Positions 13,085 to 24,257 of a stretch of 64,000 nt of DNA are shown in pieces. Position numbers and translations under genes: made by a program. The notes under the pieces were generated by a model. The model searched no databases and was not told the DNA's origin. It was given only the letters and a program-made list of their open reading frames with translations. Location of the stretch: NCBI RefSeq assembly GCF_046105845.1, contig NZ_CP151004.1; one strand, written 5' to 3'. Source of the stretch: Escherichia coli (lineage in GTDB: Bacteria; Pseudomonadota; Gammaproteobacteria; Enterobacterales; Enterobacteriaceae). Within the stretch, counting starts at the first letter, position 1. Each line of letters starts with the position of its first letter.

Positions 13085-13248
13085 TGCTAACAGCCTATCC
13101 CATCAGGCTATTTTATTTGCCAGTTCGGCCCTGGGCAGTGCTCGAAATCCTCACGTACGACGTGTACGCTCCGGTTTCTCCGCGCTGTCCATGTCCAAAC
13201 TGTCTGCAACAACTACGCCCACTGGGAAAGGCGCTAAGTCTGGTGAAT

Positions 13249-13962
13249 ATGCGACACATTTTTCAACGATTATTGCCCCGACGGCTGTGGCTGGCAGGGC
13301 TGCCATGTCTGGCATTGCTGGGTTGCGTGCAGAGTCACAATAAACCAGCCATTGATACGCCAGCAGAAGAAAAAATTCCGGTTTATCAACTGGCTGACTA
13401 TCTTTCTACCGAATGTAGCGACATCTGGGCGCTGCAAGGTAAATCAACCGAAACCAATCCGCTTTACTGGCTGCGGGCGATGGATTGTGCTGATCGTTTA
13501 ATGCCTGCGCAGTCGCGTCAGCAAGCTCGCCAATATGACGACGGCAGCTGGCAAAAGACCTTTAAACAAGGGATTTTGCTCGCCGACGCCAAAATTACGC
13601 CGTATGAGCGCCGCCAGCTGGTCGCGCGCATTGATGCGTTAAGTACCGAGATCCCGGCACAGGTTCGCCCACTGTATCAACTCTGGCGCGACGGTCAGGC
13701 GCTGCAACTGCAACTGGCGGAAGAGCGCCAACGCTACGGCAAGCTCCAGCAATCCAGCGACAGCGAGCTGGATACATTGCGCCAGCAACATCACGTTCTA
13801 CAGCAGCAACTGGAACTCACCACCCGCAAGCTGGAAAACCTGACTGATATTGAACGCCAGCTCTCGACCCGCAAACCGGCTGGAAATTTCTCGCCGGATA
13901 CGCCGCACGAGGGTGAAAAGCCCGCGCCATCCACCCATGAGGTCACTCCTGATGAGCCATAA
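13249..13962 (+). CDS. qseG: Lipoprotein QseG (YfhG), accessory to the GlrK/GlrR two-component system
   Basis: Internal ATG at 13249 gives MRHIFQRLLPRRLWLAGLPCLALLGCVQ... with lipobox LLGC (237 aa); the ORF track's 5' extension overlaps glrK's end and is rejected. Confidence 0.85.
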   Translation: MRHIFQRLLPRRLWLAGLPCLALLGCVQSHNKPAIDTPAEEKIPVYQLADYLSTECSDIWALQGKSTETNPLYWLRAMDCADRLMPAQSRQQARQYDDGSWQKTFKQGILLADAKITPYERRQLVARIDALSTEIPAQVRPLYQLWRDGQALQLQLAEERQRYGKLQQSSDSELDTLRQQHHVLQQQLELTTRKLENLTDIERQLSTRKPAGNFSPDTPHEGEKPAPSTHEVTPDEP

Positions 13963-15286
13963 ACCTGCGCATTTATTATTGGTCGATGACGATCCGGGAT
14001 TGCTGAAACTGCTTGGCCTGCGCCTGACCAGCGAAGGCTACAGCGTGGTCACGGCGGAAAGTGGTGCTGAAGGATTACGGGTACTGAATCGCGAAAAAGT
14101 AGATTTAGTCATCAGCGACCTGCGGATGGATGAAATGGACGGTATGCAGCTGTTTGCTGAAATTCAGAAAGTCCAGCCTGGAATGCCAGTAATTATTCTT
14201 ACCGCGCATGGTTCTATTCCCGATGCCGTTGCAGCAACACAGCAGGGCGTGTTCAGTTTCCTCACCAAGCCTGTCGATAAAGACGCGCTATATCAGGCAA
14301 TTGATGATGCGCTGGAGCAGTCCGCGCCAGCCACCGACGAACGCTGGCGCGAAGCAATTGTCACCCGCAGCCCGCTGATGCTGCGTTTGCTGGAACAGGC
14401 GCGGCTGGTGGCGCAATCAGACGTCAGCGTTTTGATTAATGGCCAGAGCGGCACCGGGAAAGAGATTTTCGCCCAGGCTATCCACAACGCCAGCCCGCGC
14501 AATAGCAAACCATTTATTGCTATTAACTGTGGTGCATTGCCCGAGCAATTGCTGGAGTCGGAGCTGTTTGGTCATGCGCGTGGCGCGTTTACTGGCGCTG
14601 TCAGCAATCGCGAAGGTTTATTCCAGGCGGCGGAAGGCGGTACGCTATTTCTCGATGAGATTGGCGATATGCCCGCACCGTTGCAGGTTAAACTGCTGCG
14701 CGTGTTGCAGGAGCGTAAAGTGCGCCCGCTGGGCAGTAACCGCGATATTGATATCGACGTGCGGATTATTTCCGCCACTCACCGCGACCTGCCAAAAGCG
14801 ATGGCGCGCGGGGAATTCCGTGAAGATCTCTATTACCGCCTCAACGTTGTCAGCCTGAAAATTCCGGCTCTGGCAGAGCGCACAGAAGACATTCCGCTAC
14901 TGGCAAATCACCTGTTGCGCCAGGCGGCAGAGCGACATAAACCGTTTGTCCGCGCGTTCTCCACCGATGCGATGAAACGCCTGATGACCGCTAGCTGGCC
15001 GGGTAATGTACGCCAGTTGGTCAACGTGATTGAACAGTGCGTGGCGCTGACCTCATCTCCGGTGATTAGCGATGCATTAGTAGAGCAGGCGCTGGAGGGC
15101 GAAAACACGGCGCTGCCAACCTTTGTTGAGGCGCGTAATCAGTTTGAACTCAACTACTTGCGTAAGCTGCTGCAAATTACCAAAGGCAACGTCACCCACG
15201 CGGCGAGAATGGCGGGGCGCAACCGGACAGAATTTTATAAACTGCTATCCCGACACGAGCTGGATGCAAACGATTTCAAGGAATGA
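13952..15286 (+). CDS. glrR: Sigma54-dependent response regulator GlrR (QseF)
   Basis: [18 protein letters not shown]... receiver domain, AAA+ sigma54-interaction domain with GAFTGA (HARGAFTGA) and a C-terminal HTH; start overlaps the qseG stop; 444 aa. Confidence 0.92.
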   Translation: MSHKPAHLLLVDDDPGLLKLLGLRLTSEGYSVVTAESGAEGLRVLNREKVDLVISDLRMDEMDGMQLFAEIQKVQPGMPVIILTAHGSIPDAVAATQQGVFSFLTKPVDKDALYQAIDDALEQSAPATDERWREAIVTRSPLMLRLLEQARLVAQSDVSVLINGQSGTGKEIFAQAIHNASPRNSKPFIAINCGALPEQLLESELFGHARGAFTGAVSNREGLFQAAEGGTLFLDEIGDMPAPLQVKLLRVLQERKVRPLGSNRDIDIDVRIISATHRDLPKAMARGEFREDLYYRLNVVSLKIPALAERTEDIPLLANHLLRQAAERHKPFVRAFSTDAMKRLMTASWPGNVRQLVNVIEQCVALTSSPVISDALVEQALEGENTALPTFVEARNQFELNYLRKLLQITKGNVTHAARMAGRNRTEFYKLLSRHELDANDFKE

Positions 15287-15310
15287 ATTGGCGTTATGTG
15301 TTACGTTTAG

Positions 15311-15685
<375 letters not shown>

Positions 15686-15697
15686 ACCGCGTCAAGG

Positions 15698-15723
15698 GTT
15701 GCCGGATGTTTCCATCCGGCAAC
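15698..15723. terminator. Hairpin between the convergent glnB and hmp genes
   Basis: gttgccggatg-tttc-catccggcaac perfect 11-bp stem; the U tracts are weak on both sides, so terminator function is inferred from position only. Confidence 0.4.
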
Positions 15724-15729
15724 ATCAAA

Positions 15730-16920
15730 TCACAGCACCTTATGCGGGCCAAAGCATTCGTAATGAATGTTTTCCTGCTTCACGCCCAGATCCACTAACT
15801 GTTTCGCGGCAAACTGCATGAAGCCAACCGGGCCGCAGAGATAGAACTGCATTGTCGGATCGCTGAACGCACCTTCCAGTTTGCTCAAATCCATCAGACC
15901 TTCGCTATCAAACTGACCTTTAGCGCGATCGGCTTCGCTCGGCTGACGATACCAGGTGTGCGCGGTAAAGCGCGGCAGTGCTTGCCCCAGTTCCTTAACT
16001 TCATCGGCAAAGGCGTGAACATCGCCATTTTCTGCCGCATGGAACCAGTTCACTTGTGCTGTGTGGCCAGCTTTTGCCAGCGTGTCGAGCATTGCCAGCA
16101 TTGGTGTTTGACCGACACCGGCAGAGATTAACGTCACTGGTGTGTCATCTGCGACAGCCATAAAGAAATCACCTGCTGGAGCGACCAGTTTCACGACATC
16201 GCCAACATTGGCGTGATTGTGCAGCCAGTTGGATACCTGCCCGCCATCTTCGCGTTTCACCGCAATACGATAGCCTTTGCCATCCGGTTTGCGAGTCAAA
16301 GAGTACTGACGAATTTCCTGATGCGGGAAACCTTCCGGCTTCAGCCAGACGCCGAGATATTGCCCCGGACGGTATTCTGCCACTGCGCCACCGTCGACCG
16401 GCTCCAGTTCGAAGCTGGTGATAAGTGCGCTGCGCGGTGTTTTAGCCACAATGCGGAAATCGCGAGTACCTTCCCAGCCACCGGCTTTGCTGGCGTTTTC
16501 GTTATAGATTTCCGCCTCGCGATTGATAAATACATTAGCCAGTACGCCATAGGCTTTACCCCACGCGTCCAGCACTTCCTGGCCCGGGCTGAACATTTCG
16601 TCCAGCGTCGCCAACAGGTGTTCGCCGACGATGTTGTACTGTTCCGGTTTGATCTGGAAACTGGTGTGCTTCTGCGCGATTTTTTCTACCGCTGGCAGCA
16701 GCGCAGGCAGGTTTTCAATATTACTGGCGTAGGCGGCAATGGCGTTAAACAGGGCTTCACGTTGATCGCCATTACGCTGGTTACTCATGTTAAAAATTTC
16801 TTTGAGTTCTGGGTTATGAGTAAACATACGGTCGTAGAAATGGGCGGTTAACTTTGGCCCTGTTTCCACCAGTAAAGGGATGGTGGCTTTTACTGTAGCG
16901 ATGGTTTGAGCGTCAAGCAT
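15730..16920 (-). CDS. hmp: Flavohemoglobin (nitric oxide dioxygenase)
   Basis: 396-aa [51 protein letters not shown]... with globin domain plus FAD/NAD-binding reductase domain. Confidence 0.96.
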   Translation of the reverse strand: MLDAQTIATVKATIPLLVETGPKLTAHFYDRMFTHNPELKEIFNMSNQRNGDQREALFNAIAAYASNIENLPALLPAVEKIAQKHTSFQIKPEQYNIVGEHLLATLDEMFSPGQEVLDAWGKAYGVLANVFINREAEIYNENASKAGGWEGTRDFRIVAKTPRSALITSFELEPVDGGAVAEYRPGQYLGVWLKPEGFPHQEIRQYSLTRKPDGKGYRIAVKREDGGQVSNWLHNHANVGDVVKLVAPAGDFFMAVADDTPVTLISAGVGQTPMLAMLDTLAKAGHTAQVNWFHAAENGDVHAFADEVKELGQALPRFTAHTWYRQPSEADRAKGQFDSEGLMDLSKLEGAFSDPTMQFYLCGPVGFMQFAAKQLVDLGVKQENIHYECFGPHKVL

Positions 16921-16942
16921 ATGGTCTTCCTTTTTTGCATCT

Positions 16943-16970
16943 TAATTGATGTATCTCAAATGCATCTTAT
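16943..16970. promoter_or_regulatory. NsrR-type operator in the hmp promoter
   Basis: gcatcttaattgatgtatctcaaatgcatctt contains AAGATGCATTT-like half-sites in imperfect inverted arrangement immediately upstream of the hmp start. Confidence 0.45.
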
Positions 16971-17113
16971 AAAAAATAGCCCTGCAATGTAAATGGTTCT
17001 TTGGTGTTTTTCAGAAAGAATGTGATGAAGTGAAAAATTTACATCACAAACCTGAAAAGAAATCCGTTTCCGGTTGCAAGCTCTTTATTCTCCAAAGCCT
17101 TGCGCAGCCTGAA

Positions 17114-17130
17114 GGTAATCGTTTGCGTAA
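17114..17130. promoter_or_regulatory. Possible PurR box upstream of glyA
   Basis: ggtaatcgtttgcgtaa contains CGTTTGCGT, matching the conserved core of the pur-box palindrome; weaker than the purL site. Confidence 0.3.
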
Positions 17131-17246
17131 ATTCCTTTGTCAAGACCTGTTATCGCACAATGATTCGGTTATACTGTTCGCCGTTGTCCAACAGGACCGC
17201 CTATAAAGGCCAAAAATTTTATTGTTAGCTGAGTCAGGAGATGCGG

Positions 17247-18500
17247 ATGTTAAAGCGTGAAATGAACATTGCCGATTATGATGCCGAACTGTGGCAGGCT
17301 ATGGAGCAGGAAAAAGTACGTCAGGAAGAGCACATCGAACTGATCGCCTCCGAAAACTACACCAGCCCGCGCGTAATGCAGGCGCAGGGTTCTCAGCTGA
17401 CCAACAAATATGCTGAAGGTTATCCGGGCAAACGCTACTACGGCGGTTGCGAATATGTTGATATCGTTGAACAACTGGCGATCGATCGTGCGAAAGAATT
17501 GTTCGGCGCTGACTACGCTAACGTCCAGCCGCACTCCGGCTCCCAGGCTAACTTTGCGGTGTACACCGCGCTGCTGGAACCAGGTGATACCGTTCTGGGT
17601 ATGAACCTGGCGCATGGCGGTCACCTGACTCACGGTTCTCCGGTTAACTTCTCCGGTAAACTGTACAACATCGTTCCTTACGGTATCGATGCTAGCGGTC
17701 ATATCGACTACGCCGATCTGGAAAAACAAGCCAAAGAACACAAACCGAAAATGATTATCGGTGGCTTCTCTGCATATTCCGGCGTGGTTGACTGGGCGAA
17801 AATGCGTGAAATCGCTGACAGCATCGGTGCTTACCTGTTCGTTGATATGGCGCACGTTGCGGGCCTGGTTGCAGCTGGCGTCTACCCGAACCCGGTTCCT
17901 CATGCTCACGTTGTTACTACCACCACTCACAAAACCCTGGCGGGTCCGCGCGGCGGCCTGATCCTGGCGAAAGGTGGTAGCGAAGAGCTGTACAAAAAAC
18001 TGAACTCTGCCGTTTTCCCTGGTGGTCAGGGCGGTCCGTTGATGCACGTAATCGCCGGTAAAGCGGTTGCTCTGAAAGAAGCGATGGAGCCTGAGTTCAA
18101 AACTTACCAGCAGCAGGTCGCTAAAAACGCTAAAGCGATGGTAGAAGTGTTCCTGGAACGCGGCTACAAAGTGGTTTCCGGCGGCACTGATAACCACCTG
18201 TTCCTGGTTGATCTGGTTGATAAAAACCTGACCGGTAAAGAAGCAGACGCCGCTCTGGGCCGTGCTAACATCACCGTCAACAAAAACAGCGTACCGAACG
18301 ATCCGAAGAGCCCGTTTGTGACCTCCGGTATTCGCGTGGGTACTCCGGCGATTACGCGTCGCGGCTTCAAAGAAGCAGAAGCGAAAGAACTGGCTGGCTG
18401 GATGTGTGACGTGCTGGACAGCATCAATGATGAAGCGGTTATTGAGCGCATCAAAGGTAAAGTTCTCGACATCTGTGCACGTTACCCGGTTTACGCATAA
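17247..18500 (+). CDS. glyA: Serine hydroxymethyltransferase
   Basis: [49 protein letters not shown]... (417 aa); the PLP-lysine context [14 protein letters not shown] is present; start at the second ATG of the ORF-track model. Confidence 0.96.
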   Translation: MLKREMNIADYDAELWQAMEQEKVRQEEHIELIASENYTSPRVMQAQGSQLTNKYAEGYPGKRYYGGCEYVDIVEQLAIDRAKELFGADYANVQPHSGSQANFAVYTALLEPGDTVLGMNLAHGGHLTHGSPVNFSGKLYNIVPYGIDASGHIDYADLEKQAKEHKPKMIIGGFSAYSGVVDWAKMREIADSIGAYLFVDMAHVAGLVAAGVYPNPVPHAHVVTTTTHKTLAGPRGGLILAKGGSEELYKKLNSAVFPGGQGGPLMHVIAGKAVALKEAMEPEFKTYQQQVAKNAKAMVEVFLERGYKVVSGGTDNHLFLVDLVDKNLTGKEADAALGRANITVNKNSVPNDPKSPFVTSGIRVGTPAITRRGFKEAEAKELAGWMCDVLDSINDEAVIERIKGKVLDICARYPVYA

Positions 18501-18519
18501 GCGAAACGGTTAATCTGTT

Positions 18520-18550
18520 GAAAAAAGGCTTCCTTCGGGAAGCCTTTCTA
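18520..18550. terminator. Bidirectional intrinsic terminator shared by glyA and yphH
   Basis: aaaaaa-aggcttcc-ttcg-ggaagcct: 8-bp stem with an A-run upstream, which is a T-run for the minus strand. Confidence 0.6.
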
Positions 18551-18563
18551 CGTTATCGCGCCA

Positions 18564-19757
18564 TCAAATCTGCCGTAACTGCGCCTCAACATACAAATAG
18601 CCAATCCCCAGCACCTGTTGTGCGCGGCTTAATTGCCCAAAGCCAATTTTCGTCGCTTTCACGCTCGGTCCTTCGTCGCGGTCGAACGGGTTAAATCCCG
18701 TCTGGCGAATAATGGTATTAAGCCAGTGCTCACCAAAGGCACAACTGCGACCGTACAACCAAATCTGATTAATATTGAGGATGTTGAGGAAGTTATACAG
18801 ACTCAAACCAATGGCGTTGGCAGAGCGATCAACCCAACTGGTGATCCACGGTTCTCCACTCTGCCAGGCAGCGATTAACTGCGCGGTAGTCAGTTTTTCA
18901 GGATCAAGCTGAGTATTAACCGGTTGTGATTTTAGCCATACCCGCGCCTGTTTTTTTAATGCGCTTAACGAGGCGACGGTTTCCAGGCAGCCGTAACGCC
19001 CGCAGTCGCAGACGACGCCATCCGGATTAACGATGGTGTGACCAATCTGTCCGCTACCATACAAACTGCCGCGATAAATTTGCTCGTTAATCACGAACGA
19101 CGAGCCAATGCCGTAATCAACGTTGATCACGCAGAAATCCCGTTCCTGCGAATTATTTTGCCATTTCTCCGCCAGCGCCAGCATCACGCAGTCATTATCG
19201 ACCATCACCCGAATGCCGAGCTTCTCTTCCAGCAGATACTTTACCTCAACCGGCGTTGTCCACGGCGCTTGCGGCATGGTTTGCGACACGCCAGTCACCG
19301 GATCAACCTGACCGTGGATTGCCAGCGCCAGGTTGATGGTACGGTCCGGCCACAATTTACGGTGGCGATGCCAGCATTTTTCGATTTCGGACAGCAGCGC
19401 CTGCGGCGTCGGTGCATCAATCTGTAAATACTCAAATTCACCTTTCGGACTTAAACAAGCATTAGCAACCTGACACTCAATACTGGTGGGCGTCACGTTC
19501 AGGCACAGCGTCCAGTCACCTTCCGGCGCAATCAGCCATGTACCGCTACTATGCCCGCGCGTATGGCTTTCATCGTCGATATTCACCACCCGTTTTTCGC
19601 TTTCCAGTTCCTGCAAAATATTACTGACCGCCGGAATCGAAATTTGCGCCAGCCGGGCCAGGGTTGATTTATTGGCGCGCTTTTGCCGGTACAGCAGTTC
19701 CAGAATCACGCATTTGTTATGGTGGCGGATCTGTTGATTGTTAATGCAGGCTCTCAT
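18564..19757 (-). CDS. yphH: ROK-family (NagC/XylR-like) transcriptional regulator
   Basis: 397-aa ORF with N-terminal HTH (KSTLARLAQISIPAVSNILQELE) and the ROK zinc motif GHTIVNPDGVVCDCGRYGCLE. Confidence 0.88.
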   Translation of the reverse strand: MRACINNQQIRHHNKCVILELLYRQKRANKSTLARLAQISIPAVSNILQELESEKRVVNIDDESHTRGHSSGTWLIAPEGDWTLCLNVTPTSIECQVANACLSPKGEFEYLQIDAPTPQALLSEIEKCWHRHRKLWPDRTINLALAIHGQVDPVTGVSQTMPQAPWTTPVEVKYLLEEKLGIRVMVDNDCVMLALAEKWQNNSQERDFCVINVDYGIGSSFVINEQIYRGSLYGSGQIGHTIVNPDGVVCDCGRYGCLETVASLSALKKQARVWLKSQPVNTQLDPEKLTTAQLIAAWQSGEPWITSWVDRSANAIGLSLYNFLNILNINQIWLYGRSCAFGEHWLNTIIRQTGFNPFDRDEGPSVKATKIGFGQLSRAQQVLGIGYLYVEAQLRQI

Positions 19758-19874
19758 CTTTACTAAACCTTGTTTAGTTAATTGCGTGATTATTCCGCGA
19801 AAACATTGCCAGATTGTTCAATACACTGCCACAAATCTTTTAATTCAGTATGTCTTGTTAATATTGAGGGCACC

Positions 19875-22800
19875 ATGACTCCAGTAAAAGTGTGGCAAGA
19901 GCGCGTTGAGATCCCGACCTATGAAACCGGGCCACAGGATATACATCCCATGTTCCTGGAAAATCGCGTTTATCAGGGATCGTCCGGCGCGGTTTATCCC
20001 TACGGCGTGACCGATACGCTGAGCGAGCAGAAAACCCTGAAATCCTGGCAGGCTGTGTGGCTGGAAAACGACTACATCAAAGTGATGATCCTGCCGGAAC
20101 TGGGCGGTCGGGTGCATCGCGCATGGGATAAAGTGAAACAGCGCGATTTTGTCTATCACAATGAAGTCATTAAACCTGCGCTGGTGGGGCTGCTGGGACC
20201 GTGGATCTCCGGTGGGATTGAGTTTAACTGGCCGCAACACCATCGCCCGACCACCTTTATGCCCGTTGATTTCACCCTCGAAGCCCATGAAGACGGTGCA
20301 CAGACGGTGTGGGTCGGCGAAACGGAGCCGATGCATGGTTTACAGGTGATGACAGGTTTCACCCTGCGCCCTGACCGGGCGGCGCTGGAAATCGCCAGCC
20401 GCGTCTATAACGGCAACGCCACGCCGCGTCATTTCTTGTGGTGGGCCAACCCGGCAGTGAAAGGGGGTGAAGGGCATCAGAGCGTTTTCCCACCGGATGT
20501 GACTGCGGTGTTTGATCACGGCAAACGGGCCGTCTCCGCTTTCCCCATCGCCACCGGCACTTACTACAAAGTGGACTACTCCGCCGGAGTGGACATTTCT
20601 CGCTATAAAAATGTGCCTGTTCCAACCTCATATATGGCCGAAAAATCGCAGTACGATTTTGTCGGCGCGTGGTGTCACGATGAAGATGGCGGTTTGCTAC
20701 ACGTTGCCAACCACCATATTGCGCCAGGTAAAAAACAGTGGAGCTGGGGACACAGTGAATTCGGCCAGGCGTGGGATAAGAGCCTGACTGACAATAACGG
20801 CCCGTATATCGAACTGATGACCGGTATTTTTGCCGATAACCAGCCTGATTTTACCTGGCTTGATGCTTACGAAGAGAAGCGTTTTGAGCAGTATTTCCTG
20901 CCTTACCATTCTTTGGGCATGGTGCAAAACGCCTCCCGCGATGCGGTGATTAAACTCCAGCGTAGCGAGCGGGGGATTGAGTGGGGGGTGTATGCCATCT
21001 CTCCGTTGAAAGGATACCGTCTGGCGATCCGCGAAATCGGCAAATGCAACGCGTTGCTCGATGATGCCGTGACCCTGACACCAGCGACCGCCATCCAGGG
21101 CGTGTTGCACGGTATCAATCCTGAAAGGCTGACCATTGAACTCTCCGATGCCGACGGCAATATCATACTGAGTTATCAGGAACATCAGCCGCAAGAGTTG
21201 CCGTTGCCGGACGTCGCCAAAGCGCCACTGGCAGCACAAGACATTACCAGTACAGATGAAGCCTGGTTTATCGGTCAGCATCTGGAGCAATATCATCACG
21301 CCAGCCGTTCACCGTTCGATTACTACCTGCGCGGCGTGGCGCTGGATCCGCTGGATTATCGCTGTAACCTGGCGCTGGCGATGCTGGAATATAACCGCGC
21401 CGATTTCCCGCAAGCGGTGGCGTATGCCACTCAGGCGCTGAAACGCGCACATGCGCTGAACAAAAATCCGCAGTGCGGACAGGCCAGTTTGATTCGCGCC
21501 AGTGCTTACGAACGTCAGGGACAATATCAACAAGCCGAAGAGGATTTCTGGCGTGCGGTCTGGAGCGGCAATAGTAAAGCAGGCGGCTATTATGGTCTGG
21601 CACGACTGGCGACGCGTAATGGTCACTTCGATGCTGGTCTGGATTTTTGCCAACAAAGTCTTCGCGCCTGCCCAACCAATCAGGAAGTGCTTTGCCTGCA
21701 TAATCTGCTGCTGGTGTTAAGTGGTCGTCAGGACAACGCGCGTTTGCAGCGCGAGAAACTGCTGCGCGATTATCCGCTGAACGCCACTCTGTGGTGGCTG
21801 AACTGGTTCGATGGTCGTAGCGAATCAGCCCTCGCGCAGTGGCGCGGTCTGTGTCAGGGACGCGACGTTAACGCCCTGATGACCGCCGGGCAACTGATTA
21901 ACTGGGGAATGCCCACCCTGGCGGCAGAGATGCTGAACGCACTGGACTGCCAGCGCACGCTGCCGCTTTACCTGCAAGCCAGCTTGCTGCCGAAAGCCGA
22001 ACGCGGCGAACTGGTCGCAAAAGCCATTGATGTCTTCCCGCAGTTTGTCCGTTTCCCGAATACGCTGGAAGAAGTGGCGGCGCTGGAGAGTATTGAAGAG
22101 TGCTGGTTTGCCCGTCATTTACTGGCCTGCTTCTACTACAACAAGCGCAGCTACAACAAAGCCATTACTTTATGGCAACGTTGCGTAGAGATGTCGCCGG
22201 AGTTTGCCGACGGCTGGCGCGGGTTAGCGATCCATGCGTGGAATAAGCAACACGATTATGAGCTGGCCGCGCGTTATCTTGATAATGCTTATCAGCTTGC
22301 GCCGCAGGATGCACGTCTGCTTTTCGAACGGGATTTGCTGGATAAGTTAAGCGGAGCCACACCGGAGAAACGACTGGCGCGTCTGGAAAATAATCTGGAA
22401 ATTGCGCTGAAACGCGACGACATGACCGCAGAACTGCTCAATTTGTGGCATCTCACGGGTCAGGCAGACAAAGCGGCGGACATTCTCGCCACGCGCAAAT
22501 TCCACCCGTGGGAAGGCGGGGAAGGGAAGATCACCAGTCAGTTTATCCTCAACCAGTTATTACGCGCCTGGCAGCATCTTGATGCCAGAGAGCCGCAGCA
22601 GGCCAGCGAACTGCTTCATGCCGCGTTGCATTATCCGGAGAATTTAAGCGAAGGCCGTTTACCGGGGCAAACTGACAACGACATCTGGTTCTGGCAGGCG
22701 ATATGCGCCAACGCGCAGGGCGATGAAACTGAAGCGACGCGTTGTTTACGTCTGGCGGCGACCGGCGATCGCACCATTAACATCCACAGTTATTACAACG

Positions 22801-23165
22801 ATCAGCCGGTTGATTATCTCTTCTGGCAAGGAATGGCGCTGCGACTGCTGGGCGAACAACACACCGCACAGCAACTGTTTAGTGAAATGAAACAGTGGGC
22901 GCAAGAGATGGCGAAAACCAGTATCGAGGCGGATTTCTTTGCCGTCTCGCAGCCTGACTTGTTGTCGCTGTATGGCGATTTACAACAGCAACATAAAGAA
23001 AAATGCCTGATGGTGGCGATGCTGGCGTCCGCAGGACTCGGGGAGGTTGCGCAATATGAATCTGCTCGCGCTGAATTGACGGCGATTAATCCGGCCTGGC
23101 CGAAAGCAGCATTATTCACCACCGTGATGCCTTTTATTTTAACCGCGTTCACTAAACCTTATTAA
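19875..23165 (+). CDS. yphG: Large uncharacterized protein with TPR-like repeats in the C-terminal two-thirds
   Basis: Start taken at ATG 19875 (MTPVKVWQERVEIPTYETGPQD...; GAGGG ribosome-binding site 5 nt upstream) rather than the ORF-track start at 19782, which would leave no room for the divergent yphH promoter. Confidence 0.8.
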   Translation: MTPVKVWQERVEIPTYETGPQDIHPMFLENRVYQGSSGAVYPYGVTDTLSEQKTLKSWQAVWLENDYIKVMILPELGGRVHRAWDKVKQRDFVYHNEVIKPALVGLLGPWISGGIEFNWPQHHRPTTFMPVDFTLEAHEDGAQTVWVGETEPMHGLQVMTGFTLRPDRAALEIASRVYNGNATPRHFLWWANPAVKGGEGHQSVFPPDVTAVFDHGKRAVSAFPIATGTYYKVDYSAGVDISRYKNVPVPTSYMAEKSQYDFVGAWCHDEDGGLLHVANHHIAPGKKQWSWGHSEFGQAWDKSLTDNNGPYIELMTGIFADNQPDFTWLDAYEEKRFEQYFLPYHSLGMVQNASRDAVIKLQRSERGIEWGVYAISPLKGYRLAIREIGKCNALLDDAVTLTPATAIQGVLHGINPERLTIELSDADGNIILSYQEHQPQELPLPDVAKAPLAAQDITSTDEAWFIGQHLEQYHHASRSPFDYYLRGVALDPLDYRCNLALAMLEYNRADFPQAVAYATQALKRAHALNKNPQCGQASLIRASAYERQGQYQQAEEDFWRAVWSGNSKAGGYYGLARLATRNGHFDAGLDFCQQSLRACPTNQEVLCLHNLLLVLSGRQDNARLQREKLLRDYPLNATLWWLNWFDGRSESALAQWRGLCQGRDVNALMTAGQLINWGMPTLAAEMLNALDCQRTLPLYLQASLLPKAERGELVAKAIDVFPQFVRFPNTLEEVAALESIEECWFARHLLACFYYNKRSYNKAITLWQRCVEMSPEFADGWRGLAIHAWNKQHDYELAARYLDNAYQLAPQDARLLFERDLLDKLSGATPEKRLARLENNLEIALKRDDMTAELLNLWHLTGQADKAADILATRKFHPWEGGEGKITSQFILNQLLRAWQHLDAREPQQASELLHAALHYPENLSEGRLPGQTDNDIWFWQAICANAQGDETEATRCLRLAATGDRTINIHSYYNDQPVDYLFWQGMALRLLGEQHTAQQLFSEMKQWAQEMAKTSIEADFFAVSQPDLLSLYGDLQQQHKEKCLMVAMLASAGLGEVAQYESARAELTAINPAWPKAALFTTVMPFILTAFTKPY

Positions 23166-23251
23166 CTGTAATATTTGAGCGGCACGCGCTGCCGCTCACG
23201 CTCAAATAATTAAAATAAGCCGTTGTAAATAAAAACCCTACAGGAGGCACT

Positions 23252-24235
23252 ATGCCTAAAAAAATGAGAACAACCCGTAATCTATTATTAATGGCTACGC
23301 TATTAGGTAGCGCACTATTTGCCAGGGCTGCGGATAAAGAAATGACCATTGGCGCAATATACCTTGATACCCAGGGATATTACGCTGGCGTGCGTCAGGG
23401 CGTTCAGGATGCGGCAAAAGATTCTTCAGTACAGGTACAGTTAATTGAAACTAACGCCCAGGGTGATATTTCGAAAGAAAGTACCTTTGTTGATACCCTC
23501 GTGGCGCGTAATGTCGATGCCATTATTTTATCGGCAGTGTCTGAAAATGGCAGTAGCCGTACCGTTCGTCGCGCCAGTGAAGCGGGTATTCCGGTGATTT
23601 GCTACAACACCTGTATTAATCAAAAAGGTGTCGATAAATATGTCTCGGCGTATCTGGTCGGCGATCCGCTGGAATTTGGTAAAAAACTGGGTAACGCTGC
23701 CGCCGATTATTTTATTGCCAACAAAATTGACCAGCCGAAAATTGCCGTCATCAATTGCGAAGCCTTTGAAGTTTGTGTGCAGCGCCGTAAAGGATTTGAA
23801 GAAGTATTAAAAATCCGTGTTCCCGGCGCGCAAATTGTCGCTAATCAGGAAGGGACTGTTTTAGATAAAGCGATTTCCGTTGGTGAAAAACTAATTATCT
23901 CCACGCCGGATCTCAACGCCATTATGGGAGAATCGGGCGGTGCGACACTCGGCGCGGTAAAAGCGGTACGTAATCAAAATCAGACCGGAAAAATTGCTGT
24001 TTTCGGTTCGGATATGACCACTGAAATTGCTCAGGAGCTGGAAAACAATCAGGTGTTGAAAGCGGTGGTGGATATTTCCGGTAAGAAAATGGGCAATGCT
24101 GTTTTCGCGCAAACTTTGAAGGTTATCAATAAACAAGCCGACGGTGAAAAAGTGATTCAGGTGCCTATCGATCTCTATACCAAAACGGAAGACGGTAAAC
24201 AGTGGCTGGCAACGCACGTTGATGGTCTGCCCTAA
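23252..24235 (+). CDS. yphF: Periplasmic sugar-binding protein of an ABC transporter (RbsB/LacI-type fold)
   Basis: Signal peptide MPKKMRTTRNLLLMATLLGSALFARA followed by a periplasmic binding-protein-like domain; adjacent to the ATPase and permease genes. Confidence 0.88.
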   Translation: MPKKMRTTRNLLLMATLLGSALFARAADKEMTIGAIYLDTQGYYAGVRQGVQDAAKDSSVQVQLIETNAQGDISKESTFVDTLVARNVDAIILSAVSENGSSRTVRRASEAGIPVICYNTCINQKGVDKYVSAYLVGDPLEFGKKLGNAAADYFIANKIDQPKIAVINCEAFEVCVQRRKGFEEVLKIRVPGAQIVANQEGTVLDKAISVGEKLIISTPDLNAIMGESGGATLGAVKAVRNQNQTGKIAVFGSDMTTEIAQELENNQVLKAVVDISGKKMGNAVFAQTLKVINKQADGEKVIQVPIDLYTKTEDGKQWLATHVDGLP

Positions 24236-24257
24236 TCGCTGATTCGCAGAGGTCCCT

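Noticed and set aside
17250-18197. 315-aa minus-strand ORF antisense to glyA, plus similar antisense ORFs in pdxJ (1172-1951), hmp, hcaD, yfhM, pbpC and ispG
   Set aside because: Same reasoning: antisense shadows of strongly supported genes with no independent start signals.
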